From: Myxococcota bacterium | Lineage (GTDB): Bacteria > Myxococcota_A > SURF-8 | DNA length: 64,000 bases | Assembly: GCA_965140415.1 (NCBI GenBank) | Contig: OZ223209.1 | Location: 1,856,001 to 1,920,000 of the forward strand | Reading direction: 5' to 3' | Shown: one piece after another, positions 55,679-64,000 of the stretch | Position numbering within the stretch: position 1 is the first letter of the stretch | Layout: every line of letters begins with the position of its first letter | Made by a program: the position numbers and the translations under genes | Notes under the pieces: generated by a model | The model's input: the letters and a program-made list of their open reading frames with translations, nothing else | Told to the model about the DNA's origin: nothing | Databases searched by the model: none

Positions 55679-58480
55679 ATGAATCGGAATATGGTGGCGT
55701 TTTTCGCCTTTTGCGTTGTATGGCTAGTAGCCGGTTCCGTCGCGGCGACCGAGCCGGGGCTTTCTCTGCAAGGCTTTACCGCCAAATATCCCACTGCCAA
55801 GTTGGATATCCAACAGGGGCAGGTGCGTATGATCGCCAATGTGAAGATTCCGACAACGGAAGCAAAAACGGCCACCCTGCGGGCGCAGTCGTTTTTACAG
55901 GCCAATGCCCGCTTATTGCAATTGGGTGACGTGCAGCGGGATTTCAGCGCGCAGAAGGAACTGACTCTGCGGCAGGGTAAGGTGGCTCATTTTATCCAGA
56001 CCTACCAGGGAATTCCCGTCTATCATGGGGAAATCAAGGTGGTGTTGGATGCAGAGGGCAATGTGACTCGCGTTCACAATCATGCTCGCCGGGTGGAGGG
56101 CTTGTCGCTCGTGCCCGCCATCAGTCCGAACGATGCGATCATGGAAGGCTGGGCGCAGGTTTACGGAGTGGCTGGAAATCAATTGACCGCTCGCGAGATG
56201 GATTCCAAATACGCCCGTCTGCTCGTGATGGGACATGGTGCAGGCGCGGTTTTAGCCTATGCCGTTGGGATGCCGATCGGACTGCCGACCGAGCGCCGGG
56301 TGGCTTTTATCGATGCGCACACTGGCGATTTTCTGGGTTCGATGAACCAGGTCGTGTACGCGCATATGGCGAACGTGTACGAATTCAATCCGGGTGGCGA
56401 TACAAGCAATCCGCAGGCGACCGTCGTGCGCGAGATCGGCTATATGGCGCCGGATCAAAAGCATTGCCTGGGCATGTTCCACTATGCTTATAACTGCATC
56501 GACGAAGGCGATACGTTCAATATTCCGTTCCTGGGCAGTATTCCGCGCTGCACCGAGCGTTACAAAGCCGAAGCCGATGAAAACTACGATTTCGACAAGC
56601 ACGTGCTGCCGGTACTTGGCGATGCCGAAACGGAAGGCGTGTTGGATGATGACTTCTCCGAAGTGCATCTGTTCTACCACGTCGATAAAATCTACACCTA
56701 CTTCCGCCAACTGGCGCAGCACATCGATGATACAGACCCTCCCTTTGAAACGCTGACGGAGCCGGTGCTCAATTGCGTGGCGAACTTCCGCACGTTGGAC
56801 GTCGAGGAGATCATGTCCACCGGCCAGATTCCCACCAACCCTGAACTTGCGCCGTTTAATAACGCCATGTTCGTAACGGGTGGTGGCTTGTTCGGCTTCT
56901 ATCCCGAGCGGGATTCCATCATCTTCGGACAGGGTTCCGGTGTAGACTTCTCCTACGATGCGGACGTCATCTACCACGAATTCACCCATGCCGTCGTGGG
57001 TAGTACGGCGGGACTGGCCTCGACGGCATACGACCAATACGGGGCGGCCACCGATCCGGGCGCGATGAACGAAGGCTATGCGGACTTCTTTTCCGCGACT
57101 TACGTCGGCAATCCCGAGATGGCCGAATATGTGGGTAATTTCCTGTCCGAGGAGAACTATCTGCGCAACTTGACCAACACGAAGAGCTGCCCGACCGACG
57201 TCAAAGGCGAAGTTCACGACGATTCGGAATGGTGGTCTGGAGCTTTGTGGACGGTGCGCGAGCAGTACAAGGCTTCCGATCAGGATCACTGGGACGTCGA
57301 TGCGGCGATTTTCAGTGCTATGATCACCCTGCCTGCCGAAGCTACGTACACCGAAGCCGCAACGGCAACGGTTGAAAGTATGCGCACCTGGTTCGGCGAG
57401 GATGCTGCCACGTTTGCAACTACCACCTTTACCAATCGCGGCCTGTTCAACTGTACTCGCGCAGTGCCCACCAATGCAGGGCAGGCGATCTCCTCCTACT
57501 CCTTCCCCAGCGACAGCAAAACGCCTTCCACTCCGGGCTATTTCCAGTTGGACATTCAAGGCGCTAGCAAGGATTACATCCGGGTTGAATTTCTGGCAAT
57601 CGCGCAGGGCGGCATTATGGGCGGTTCCACGGATGTCACGGTCTTCATCCGCAAGGATCTGCCGGTGACGTTTGAATACGATGGAGATACCGTTACGGCG
57701 ACGGCGGACATGGTGGTGAATCCGGTCAAATTCGGAACGATCATGAACCAGTTCGATCAGTACGTCGGTATCGCGCAAAACGAGGATGGCAGCCCCATCG
57801 GCGGTCATTACTATTTCGCGTTTGGCGTGGCCAGCAGTGGTGGCGGCATGTTCGATATGGGCGGCGGCACACTGTACAACCTGAAAGTGGAATTTTTAGA
57901 CGGCGTTCCCCCCTGCACGGCGGATGAGGATTGTGGCGATTGCCAGATCTGCAACGACGAGCATGCCTGTGAAGATGCCTATGGCGAATGCATGAACGAC
58001 TCAGACTGCGATAGCGGCTATGTCTGTGAAGACAACGAAGGCTGCGGCGGTCATTGCGAAGAAGTGCCCTTAGATGGCGATCTGACGGACGGCGACATGA
58101 CGGCGGATGGCGACAATGCTCCCGATGGCGATGTCGATGGCGACGATTCCGACGGGGATACGAGCGAACCGGACTGCACCGTCAGCGCGGATTGCGGCGA
58201 CTGTCAGATCTGCGTCAGCGGCGTTTGTTTGGATGCCGCGCCCGAATGCGAAGAGGATGAAGATTGCGAAGAGGGCGAAATCTGCGGTGAAGGCGAGTGC
58301 GGTGGTGAGTGTCAGGCGATCGACGGCGATCAGGCCGATGGCGATGAACCTGCCGATGGTGATACCGGCGTCGGCCAGAATGATGGCAGTGGCGGCGGTT
58401 GCGGACAGACCACGGGGTCGGCAGCCTGGCTATTACTGCTGGGCTTTGGATTGCTGCTGCTTCGCAGGCGCTTTGTCTGA
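55679..58480 (+). CDS. Secreted M4/M36-type zinc metalloprotease with Cys-rich and DGD regions and a MYXO-CTERM-like anchor
   Basis: Signal peptide; propeptide motifs (Q.YQGIPVY, IDAHTG); NNA, HEFTH, NEGYAD, GEVH; C-terminus GGGC..T....WLLLLGFGLLLLRRR. Confidence 0.85.
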   Translation: MNRNMVAFFAFCVVWLVAGSVAATEPGLSLQGFTAKYPTAKLDIQQGQVRMIANVKIPTTEAKTATLRAQSFLQANARLLQLGDVQRDFSAQKELTLRQGKVAHFIQTYQGIPVYHGEIKVVLDAEGNVTRVHNHARRVEGLSLVPAISPNDAIMEGWAQVYGVAGNQLTAREMDSKYARLLVMGHGAGAVLAYAVGMPIGLPTERRVAFIDAHTGDFLGSMNQVVYAHMANVYEFNPGGDTSNPQATVVREIGYMAPDQKHCLGMFHYAYNCIDEGDTFNIPFLGSIPRCTERYKAEADENYDFDKHVLPVLGDAETEGVLDDDFSEVHLFYHVDKIYTYFRQLAQHIDDTDPPFETLTEPVLNCVANFRTLDVEEIMSTGQIPTNPELAPFNNAMFVTGGGLFGFYPERDSIIFGQGSGVDFSYDADVIYHEFTHAVVGSTAGLASTAYDQYGAATDPGAMNEGYADFFSATYVGNPEMAEYVGNFLSEENYLRNLTNTKSCPTDVKGEVHDDSEWWSGALWTVREQYKASDQDHWDVDAAIFSAMITLPAEATYTEAATATVESMRTWFGEDAATFATTTFTNRGLFNCTRAVPTNAGQAISSYSFPSDSKTPSTPGYFQLDIQGASKDYIRVEFLAIAQGGIMGGSTDVTVFIRKDLPVTFEYDGDTVTATADMVVNPVKFGTIMNQFDQYVGIAQNEDGSPIGGHYYFAFGVASSGGGMFDMGGGTLYNLKVEFLDGVPPCTADEDCGDCQICNDEHACEDAYGECMNDSDCDSGYVCEDNEGCGGHCEEVPLDGDLTDGDMTADGDNAPDGDVDGDDSDGDTSEPDCTVSADCGDCQICVSGVCLDAAPECEEDEDCEEGEICGEGECGGECQAIDGDQADGDEPADGDTGVGQNDGSGGGCGQTTGSAAWLLLLGFGLLLLRRRFV

Positions 58481-58504
58481 GCGGTAACATAGTAACCGGT
58501 TATT

Positions 58505-58540
58505 GCGAACGGCCACTCATTCAGGGTAGCCGTTTTTCGT
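58505..58540. terminator. Probable terminator between convergent genes
   Basis: AACGGC...GCCGTTTTT hairpin. Confidence 0.5.
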
Positions 58541-58568
58541 AGTAAGGTTGTGTTGATATTCGCTTGAA

Positions 58569-58916
58569 CTATTCTTCGGGATGTTTATTGTGACGATAGA
58601 GGTGAACGAAAACCGGTTGCAGTGTAACCAGTCCCTCAGAGATCATTTCGTCCAGTTCCGGCAATAGGGCATCGATGCGCTCCTGCTTGTCTACGATTTC
58701 CACCACCATGGGTAGATCTTCAGACAGGCGCAGGATTTTACTGGTGTGAATGGTGCTGTTGGCACCGTACCCCAAACAGCCTCGAAGAACGGTCGCACCG
58801 GCCAGGCCCAGTTCCCGCGCACGCTCGACGATGACTTCGTACAGCGCCTGTCCCTGCCAGCTGTCGCTTTCTCCGATGAAGATGCGCAGCAGTTTCGCTT
58901 CGGATTGATGAATCAT
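58569..58916 (-). CDS. DUF190 (PII-like) protein
   Basis: LLRIFIGESD, LAGATVLRG..G.G and LS.DLP.VVEIVD; this family is commonly paired with crcB. Confidence 0.88.
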   Translation of the reverse strand: MIHQSEAKLLRIFIGESDSWQGQALYEVIVERARELGLAGATVLRGCLGYGANSTIHTSKILRLSEDLPMVVEIVDKQERIDALLPELDEMISEGLVTLQPVFVHLYRHNKHPEE

Positions 58917-58925
58917 CGTTTCCTC

Positions 58926-59303
58926 CTAAGCCATGCGACCCAGTGCGATGCCTGCGAACAAGGCGACGACCCCCAGGCCGTTTTGCAGGATGATGTTTCC
59001 AGCAGCCAGCACGTATTGCGCCTGGCGCAGCAGTTCTCCGGTTTCCAGTACAAAGGTGCTGAATGTCGTGAATGCGCCCATTAAACCGACCATGACGATC
59101 AGTCGCGTTTCAGCGGAGATTTGCAGGCGATATTCGAACAAGGCCCACAATAATCCGGCGATAAAGCAGCCGCTGATATTCACAACCACCGTTCCCCAAG
59201 GAAAGCTTACGCCGTTGATGCGGTACACAAGGCCCGATAATCCGTAACGCGCCAACGCTCCCAAGCCGCCTGCAAGAGCCATCCATACAAATTTCTGCCA
59301 CAT
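58926..59303 (-). CDS. crcB: Fluoride channel Fluc/CrcB
   Basis: GG.GAL.RY, FPWGT..VN..G.F and G..GAFTTFSTF..E. Confidence 0.93.
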   Translation of the reverse strand: MWQKFVWMALAGGLGALARYGLSGLVYRINGVSFPWGTVVVNISGCFIAGLLWALFEYRLQISAETRLIVMVGLMGAFTTFSTFVLETGELLRQAQYVLAAGNIILQNGLGVVALFAGIALGRMA

Positions 59304-59344
59304 GAAAAGATCCTCTTTGTTGCTGTCCATTCGTTTCTTTAACT

Positions 59345-59373
59345 ACTATACGCCCGCAGCATCTAAGGGGCAA
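59345..59373 (-). promoter_or_regulatory. Promoter of crcB-DUF190
   Basis: TTGCCC-17 nt-TATAGT. Confidence 0.55.
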
Positions 59374-59397
59374 GCCGTTCATCAGCGACGCTCACAC

Positions 59398-59430
59398 GAA
59401 ACCGCCCGAAGCGGTATCACTTCGGGCGGC
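59398..59430 (-). terminator. Terminator of the glyA-gcvT fusion
   Basis: CCGCCCGAAG-N8-CTTCGGGCGG with a short U tract. Confidence 0.65.
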
Positions 59431-59457
59431 GTTGGATCGCAATTTGTATGAGATCGA

Positions 59458-62400
59458 TCAGGCTTTCGGTTCCGCGGCATAAAGCGCCTCTTCGCGTACC
59501 AGATCCTTGGCGATTGGCTTTTGCGGGAAGCGGTCGATGATTTCAGCCTGTACCGGCAGTACCGTTTTCAGTTTTTCTTCCAGTTCCAGTGGCATTACCA
59601 GTCCCTTGCGACGATTTTCCGGCAGCATCGGGAACACGGCGATTTTGCCCGGTTTGGTGTATTTGCGCAGCACGTAGGCCAGACCGATCTGCAAGCCGTT
59701 CATGTCGGTGGCGCAGGAGGTGACGTTACCGATAAAGTCTCCACGCGAGTTGGCCACCGGATCGCCCGGTTTAAGCGGCTTGGTGCCTTTTTCCGGCACG
59801 CAGAAGCGCACCGTTTCGCGTGTACGTTCAGCTTCGGCTTTGAGCATGGCCTGCTTGCCGATGAAGAAGGGCTTGTGGAATTTCACATAGGATGGGAAGC
59901 CCGCGCCATGCGGCGTCAGGTCGAATGTGCCTTCCAGTTCGTGACCGTACAACGGCAATCCGGCTTCGGTGCGGGTGCTGTCACGCGAGGCCAGGCCGCA
60001 GGGCAACAGCCCGAAGGGCTGCCCGGCCTGCATCAGTTTGTCCCACATTTCCGGGGCGCGGTCGGGATGCACGAAGACCTCGAAGCCCATCTGCTCGCCG
60101 GTGTAGCCTGTGCGTGAAATGACCACCGGCAAACCACCCAATGTGAATTCACCACAGCCGGTGCGCTTGACGGCCAACAGGCGGTCGCGTTGCTCCGGCT
60201 CGATCAGCGCCAGTAACACGTCGCGGGAGCGCGGACCTTGCAGCGCCAAATTGACGCGGCAGTCCTCGCCGTGGGCACGGTCTTTCAGGTTGCGCAGTAC
60301 AGCGGGTTTCAGGATGCGTCGCTGCGGAATTTCGTAGTCGATCAAGACCTTACCTTCGTTCACCGCATTCATCCAGGCCCAGTCTTTATCTTCATTACCG
60401 GCGTTGACGACCACAAGGAAATGCTCTGCATTCAGGCGATAGACCATGATGTCGTCCAGCAGGTGACCGTTGGGTAGCGGCAGGTAAGAATAATAGGATT
60501 CGCCGTCGCGCACCCATTTCGAATAATTGGTGCTTACAAGATCCAGGAAATCGACCGCATTGGGACCGGTAATGTCGAAAACTCCCATGTGCGACACGTC
60601 GAACAGACCGCAGGTGCTGCGCACAGCGCGATGTTCTTCCAGAGTCGATGTGTACCAGACCGGCATTTCCCACCCGGCAAAGGGCACCAGTTTTTTCGTC
60701 AGCTTTTTATGAGTTTCGTACAGGGTGGTTCGCTTGAGTTCGCCTTCCTCTTCCTGCCAGCTGAATTCCGGCAGGTTTTCCGGTTTGTCGAAGGCGTCTT
60801 TCACCAGATTCTGACCGATGAAGTAGGGCTTATGGATGTCGAACCACTTTGTCTGTCCCTTTTCAATCAGTTCCTTTACGGGCGTTCCCGGTTCGGGGCG
60901 CTTGTCCGTTTCACGCAGTAATTTGTGCCCGCCGACTGGATGCTGGGTCCAACTGCGCAGCAATTTGCGTGTTACTTCTTCATGATCTTCCATCGGTACA
61001 ACCAGACGGACAAGATTCTCACCCTTTACCTGGGCCAGAATGACGCCATCGCGCCAGGTTTCGTCTTGCGCCAGAGAGGGAGCGCGTTTGCCGTACAGAT
61101 CGTAAACAAATACCCGGTCGGCTTCGTCGCAATCCTCGCTTGTCAGATCCTCAACGACCGCTGGTCCTTCCACCTTGGCGGTGATGTCAGCCGGTTCGAA
61201 CAGCAGGTAGCCGTCGGCATGGCCGCGCGTCCAGCTTAATACGCGCTGGGCGCGACCGGCGCTGGGCATCACGTAAAACCCGTTGTCCGATTTGTCGTCA
61301 CGCTCGCGGATTCGCATGACCACCACATCGTCTAGCACGTCACCTTCACCGGTCAGCATCAGCGTGCGCAATGCTTCACCGGGTTTGAGAACGGACAGAT
61401 CGTTGGTAACCTGGTTTTGCAGGTGCGCTTCCACGCGTTCGCCTGTCACGCGAATGATGCCGGTCGGAACCGGAATAAACACCGCTTCGGAGTTGACGAT
61501 ATCGTCATCGGCTCCCTCATCCTGGTGCTCTTCCGCCAGGATCTGGTAGTGCGGATAGCCGGAGGTTCGCGTGTCGCGGCCTTCCAACTCGTCCACCAGT
61601 TCGGCCACTTCCCGCTTGGCTTCTTCCAATACATCGAAATGCATTTTGCCGCGCGGCAAGGTGCCGGTCAGACCGTCGTATTTGAAGGGATGGATGTCGT
61701 GCAGGATTTTACTGATCACGTTGGCAAGTCGGGTCAGTTGTTCTTTGGTGATGCCACGCTGGGTCAGCCAGGGCGTTCCCATGCGTACGCCGGTGGCCAT
61801 GGCGGTCAGGTCGTCGCCGGGAATGGTGTTCTTGTTGGCGACGATGCCGCATAATTCCAGCATCCGTACCGCCATTTCGCCGCGCAGTTGCTCGTCCGTC
61901 ACCTTCGGCAGACCCTTCAGATCGGTCAGCAGCAGGTGAGTATCCGTGCCGCCGTAGGCCAACTTCAAGCCTGCTTCGGTTAATGCATTGGCGAAGTGCG
62001 CCGCATTTTCCACGATTTGCTTTTGCACCGCTTTAAAGGATTCCGTTTTCGCCAGTTCCAGCGCCACTGCCAGCGCCGTAATGGTGTTAACGTGCGGACC
62101 GCCCTGCTCGCCGGGGAAAACCGCCAGATCGACCATGCGGGCTTTATCCAGATCGGTAGTCAGAATGATGGAGCCGCGCGGACCCATCAGGGTTTTATGC
62201 GTGGTGAAAGTGGTGACGTCTGCCAGACCGACCGGACTGGGGTAAGCGCCTGCACTGGCCATACCCGCCGGGTGGGCGATATCCGCCATCAACAACGCGC
62301 CGCAACGATCCGCGATAGCGCGGAAGCGTTCCCAATCGGGCGCCCAGGGATAAGAGGTATACCCGGCGATGATCAGGTTGGGCCGATGCTCCATGGCTAG

Positions 62401-63009
62401 TTCTTCGATGCGGTCGTAGTCCAGCTTTTCCGTTACCGGGCTGATGCCGTAGGGAACGATCTTGAAGCGGCGGCCCGACATATGGAATTCCGAGCCGTGG
62501 CTCAAGTGACCGCCGTGCATCAGATCCATGCTTAGAATCGTGTCGCCGTCGTTCAAAAAGGCTTCGAAAACCGCCAGGTTGGCCGCTGCGCCGGAAAGCG
62601 CCTGCACGTTGGCGAAAATGTGGTCGGCGTCTACGCGCTCGTTGGCGAATACTTCCGCCGCGCGCCGGATGCACAGCGACTCGACCATGTTGGCGTAATC
62701 GGTGCCTTTATAGAAACGCCGGTCGGCGTAGCGCCGGTAGATCGACAACTGCCCGCGAAAGTCGGACAACTGCTCTTCGTTCATGTGCGATACCAGAGAA
62801 CTGGGGTAGCCCTCGGCGTAGAGGTTGCCGTATACACTCTGCATCGTCTGACGCACCAGGGGATGACAGAGGCTTTCAGACGGAATCAGGATGAGCCGTC
62901 GTGTCTGACGTTCTTCTTCCATGCGGATCAGGCTGTCAATGGCAGGATCGGCTTTTGCGAGCTCGCCTTCAAAGGGGAAAGTACCAACGGTTTTAATGCG
63001 GTCTGACAT
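59458..63009 (-). CDS. glyA-gcvT: Fusion of serine hydroxymethyltransferase, a partial GcvT-like domain and a full GcvT aminomethyltransferase
   Basis: SHMT motifs YAEGYP, GGHLSHG, TTHKTL.GPRG, GTDTHL and NKN.IP; GcvT motifs FAGWEMPVWY, FDVSHMG, SRTGYTGE and RD..R.EAGLPLYG. Confidence 0.92.
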   Translation of the reverse strand: MSDRIKTVGTFPFEGELAKADPAIDSLIRMEEERQTRRLILIPSESLCHPLVRQTMQSVYGNLYAEGYPSSLVSHMNEEQLSDFRGQLSIYRRYADRRFYKGTDYANMVESLCIRRAAEVFANERVDADHIFANVQALSGAAANLAVFEAFLNDGDTILSMDLMHGGHLSHGSEFHMSGRRFKIVPYGISPVTEKLDYDRIEELAMEHRPNLIIAGYTSYPWAPDWERFRAIADRCGALLMADIAHPAGMASAGAYPSPVGLADVTTFTTHKTLMGPRGSIILTTDLDKARMVDLAVFPGEQGGPHVNTITALAVALELAKTESFKAVQKQIVENAAHFANALTEAGLKLAYGGTDTHLLLTDLKGLPKVTDEQLRGEMAVRMLELCGIVANKNTIPGDDLTAMATGVRMGTPWLTQRGITKEQLTRLANVISKILHDIHPFKYDGLTGTLPRGKMHFDVLEEAKREVAELVDELEGRDTRTSGYPHYQILAEEHQDEGADDDIVNSEAVFIPVPTGIIRVTGERVEAHLQNQVTNDLSVLKPGEALRTLMLTGEGDVLDDVVVMRIRERDDKSDNGFYVMPSAGRAQRVLSWTRGHADGYLLFEPADITAKVEGPAVVEDLTSEDCDEADRVFVYDLYGKRAPSLAQDETWRDGVILAQVKGENLVRLVVPMEDHEEVTRKLLRSWTQHPVGGHKLLRETDKRPEPGTPVKELIEKGQTKWFDIHKPYFIGQNLVKDAFDKPENLPEFSWQEEEGELKRTTLYETHKKLTKKLVPFAGWEMPVWYTSTLEEHRAVRSTCGLFDVSHMGVFDITGPNAVDFLDLVSTNYSKWVRDGESYYSYLPLPNGHLLDDIMVYRLNAEHFLVVVNAGNEDKDWAWMNAVNEGKVLIDYEIPQRRILKPAVLRNLKDRAHGEDCRVNLALQGPRSRDVLLALIEPEQRDRLLAVKRTGCGEFTLGGLPVVISRTGYTGEQMGFEVFVHPDRAPEMWDKLMQAGQPFGLLPCGLASRDSTRTEAGLPLYGHELEGTFDLTPHGAGFPSYVKFHKPFFIGKQAMLKAEAERTRETVRFCVPEKGTKPLKPGDPVANSRGDFIGNVTSCATDMNGLQIGLAYVLRKYTKPGKIAVFPMLPENRRKGLVMPLELEEKLKTVLPVQAEIIDRFPQKPIAKDLVREEALYAAEPKA

Positions 63010-63126
63010 GGAAACTCCTTTCGATCAACCCAGCATGTCTTTCGATAAGAAGGGAAATTCAAGCTTTTATAAATCGTTTTCAACGGCCCGAAAGCGCAAT
63101 ACGGAAACCCGGGCCGACCGTTGGCT

Positions 63127-63185
63127 ATGATACCGTTTTAAAATTTCTTGTAAAGGAAGGATTCAGACTATTTCGGACTATTTCG
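63127..63185 (-). promoter_or_regulatory. Putative promoter with an upstream 10-bp tandem repeat
   Basis: TTTACA-16 nt-TATCAT (63154-63127); GACTATTTCG twice (63166-63185). Confidence 0.45.
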
Positions 63186-63247
63186 CAGCGTCAAGTTGCA
63201 CTCTTTTTCGATAGGAAAAATAACCTGATCGGCAAAGAAAATGTGGA

Positions 63248-64000
63248 TTACGGACCGCAGAAACCGCGATCCTTGTGCCAGCCCCAGGCATCTGCAACGA
63301 TGCGGTCCAATTCGCTGTATTTACGCTGCCATCCCAGTACGCTGCGGATTTTTCCGCTACTGGCGATCAGTTCCGCCGGATCGCCTTCGCGGCGTGGACC
63401 GATGGAATGCGGCACGCTTTGCTTGCAAACCCGCTCGATGGCGCGAATCACTTCGAACACGGAGTACCCGGTTTCACTGCCCAGGTTAAAGGCATGGCTG
63501 TCGCCGTTTTCCAGCAGGTGATCCAGCGCCAGCCGATGTGCTTCGGCCAGATCGATGATGTGGATGTAATCCCGGATGCAGGAACCGTCCCGCGTCGGGT
63601 AGTCTTCGCCGAAAACGGTCAGTGCCGGAATTTCGCCCGCCATGGCGCGCATGGCGACGGGAATCAGGTGGGTTTCCGGGTCGTGCCATTCGCCCGTACG
63701 GCCTTTGGGATCGGCTCCGGCGGCATTGAAGTAGCGCAGGGCGACGAACTTCAGGCCCCAGGCATTTTCGCAGTCGGCGAAGATCTGCTCCATGATACGC
63801 TTGGACCAGCCGTAGGGATTGATGGGGGCCTTGGGATGTTCTTCCGGGATCGGCACCTGTTGCGGTTCGCCGTAAACCGCCGCCGTGCTGGAGAAGACCA
63901 GACGCCTAACCTCGTGTTTTTTCATTGCGTTTAACAGGTTGATGGTTCCGCTGATGTTGTTGCGGTAGTAGCGCAAAGGGTCTTGTACCGATTCGCCTAC
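63248..64000 (-). CDS. galE: UDP-glucose 4-epimerase, 5' truncated
   Basis: VGESV..PL.YY.NN, FSSTAAVYG, YG.SK, LRYFN.AGA and DG.C.RDYIH. Confidence 0.95.
   Translation of the reverse strand, partial: VGESVQDPLRYYRNNISGTINLLNAMKKHEVRRLVFSSTAAVYGEPQQVPIPEEHPKAPINPYGWSKRIMEQIFADCENAWGLKFVALRYFNAAGADPKGRTGEWHDPETHLIPVAMRAMAGEIPALTVFGEDYPTRDGSCIRDYIHIIDLAEAHRLALDHLLENGDSHAFNLGSETGYSVFEVIRAIERVCKQSVPHSIGPRREGDPAELIASSGKIRSVLGWQRKYSELDRIVADAWGWHKDRGFCGP

Noticed and set aside
8321-57808. Long antisense or alternate-frame ORFs (e.g. 8321-9445, 14457-15890, 33453-34274, 36805-37710, 56252-57808)
   Set aside because: Shadow ORFs of GC-rich or repetitive genes, with no recognisable motifs.
629-58928. 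TAG recoding (alternative genetic code)
   Set aside because: mgtE, the DegT gene, DUF190 and crcB end at TAG at expected lengths, so TAG is a normal stop.
59304-59457. Fluoride riboswitch upstream of crcB
   Set aside because: No GGNGAUGG...UAAUGAC-type consensus; the putative promoter leaves only about 35 nt of leader.

Overview
A bacterial chromosomal window of moderately high GC. A MYXO-CTERM-like sorting signal, a Tgl/PilF-like lipoprotein and many Cys-rich or DGD-repeat lipoproteins point to a Myxococcota/deltaproteobacterial-type organism; this is inference. Housekeeping genes: purC, maf, mutA-mutB-meaB, mntP, bcp, lepB, msbA-like, recO, mgtE, folE2, a three-gene NDP-sugar set, a tex-like gene, the dcw cluster (mraZ-STAS-rsmH-ftsL-ftsI-murE-murF-mraY-ftsW-murG-murC-ddl-ftsQ-ftsA-ftsZ, lacking murD and murB), crcB plus DUF190, a GlyA-GcvT fusion and a partial galE. 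No rRNA, tRNA, CRISPR array, transposase or integrase was seen. Main leads: (1) a long RelA/SpoT homolog with intact hydrolase but degenerate synthetase motifs, head-to-head with the dcw operon and carrying a copy of the MraZ-box 9-mer at its own start; (2) a candidate ~70-nt sRNA with its own promoter and terminator, whose loop is 11-nt complementary to the RBS of the GlyA-GcvT fusion; (3) a switch-like 5' leader in front of an RlmN-like radical SAM enzyme lacking the resolving cysteine; (4) a multibranch leader in front of a surface metalloprotease; (5) a TIGR02147-like HTH gene with perfect inverted repeats, divergent from a lipoprotein with five 14-Cys repeats; (6) a recurring DGD-repeat linker in unrelated exported proteins. 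All calls come from reading motifs by eye; no searches or folding programs were run.
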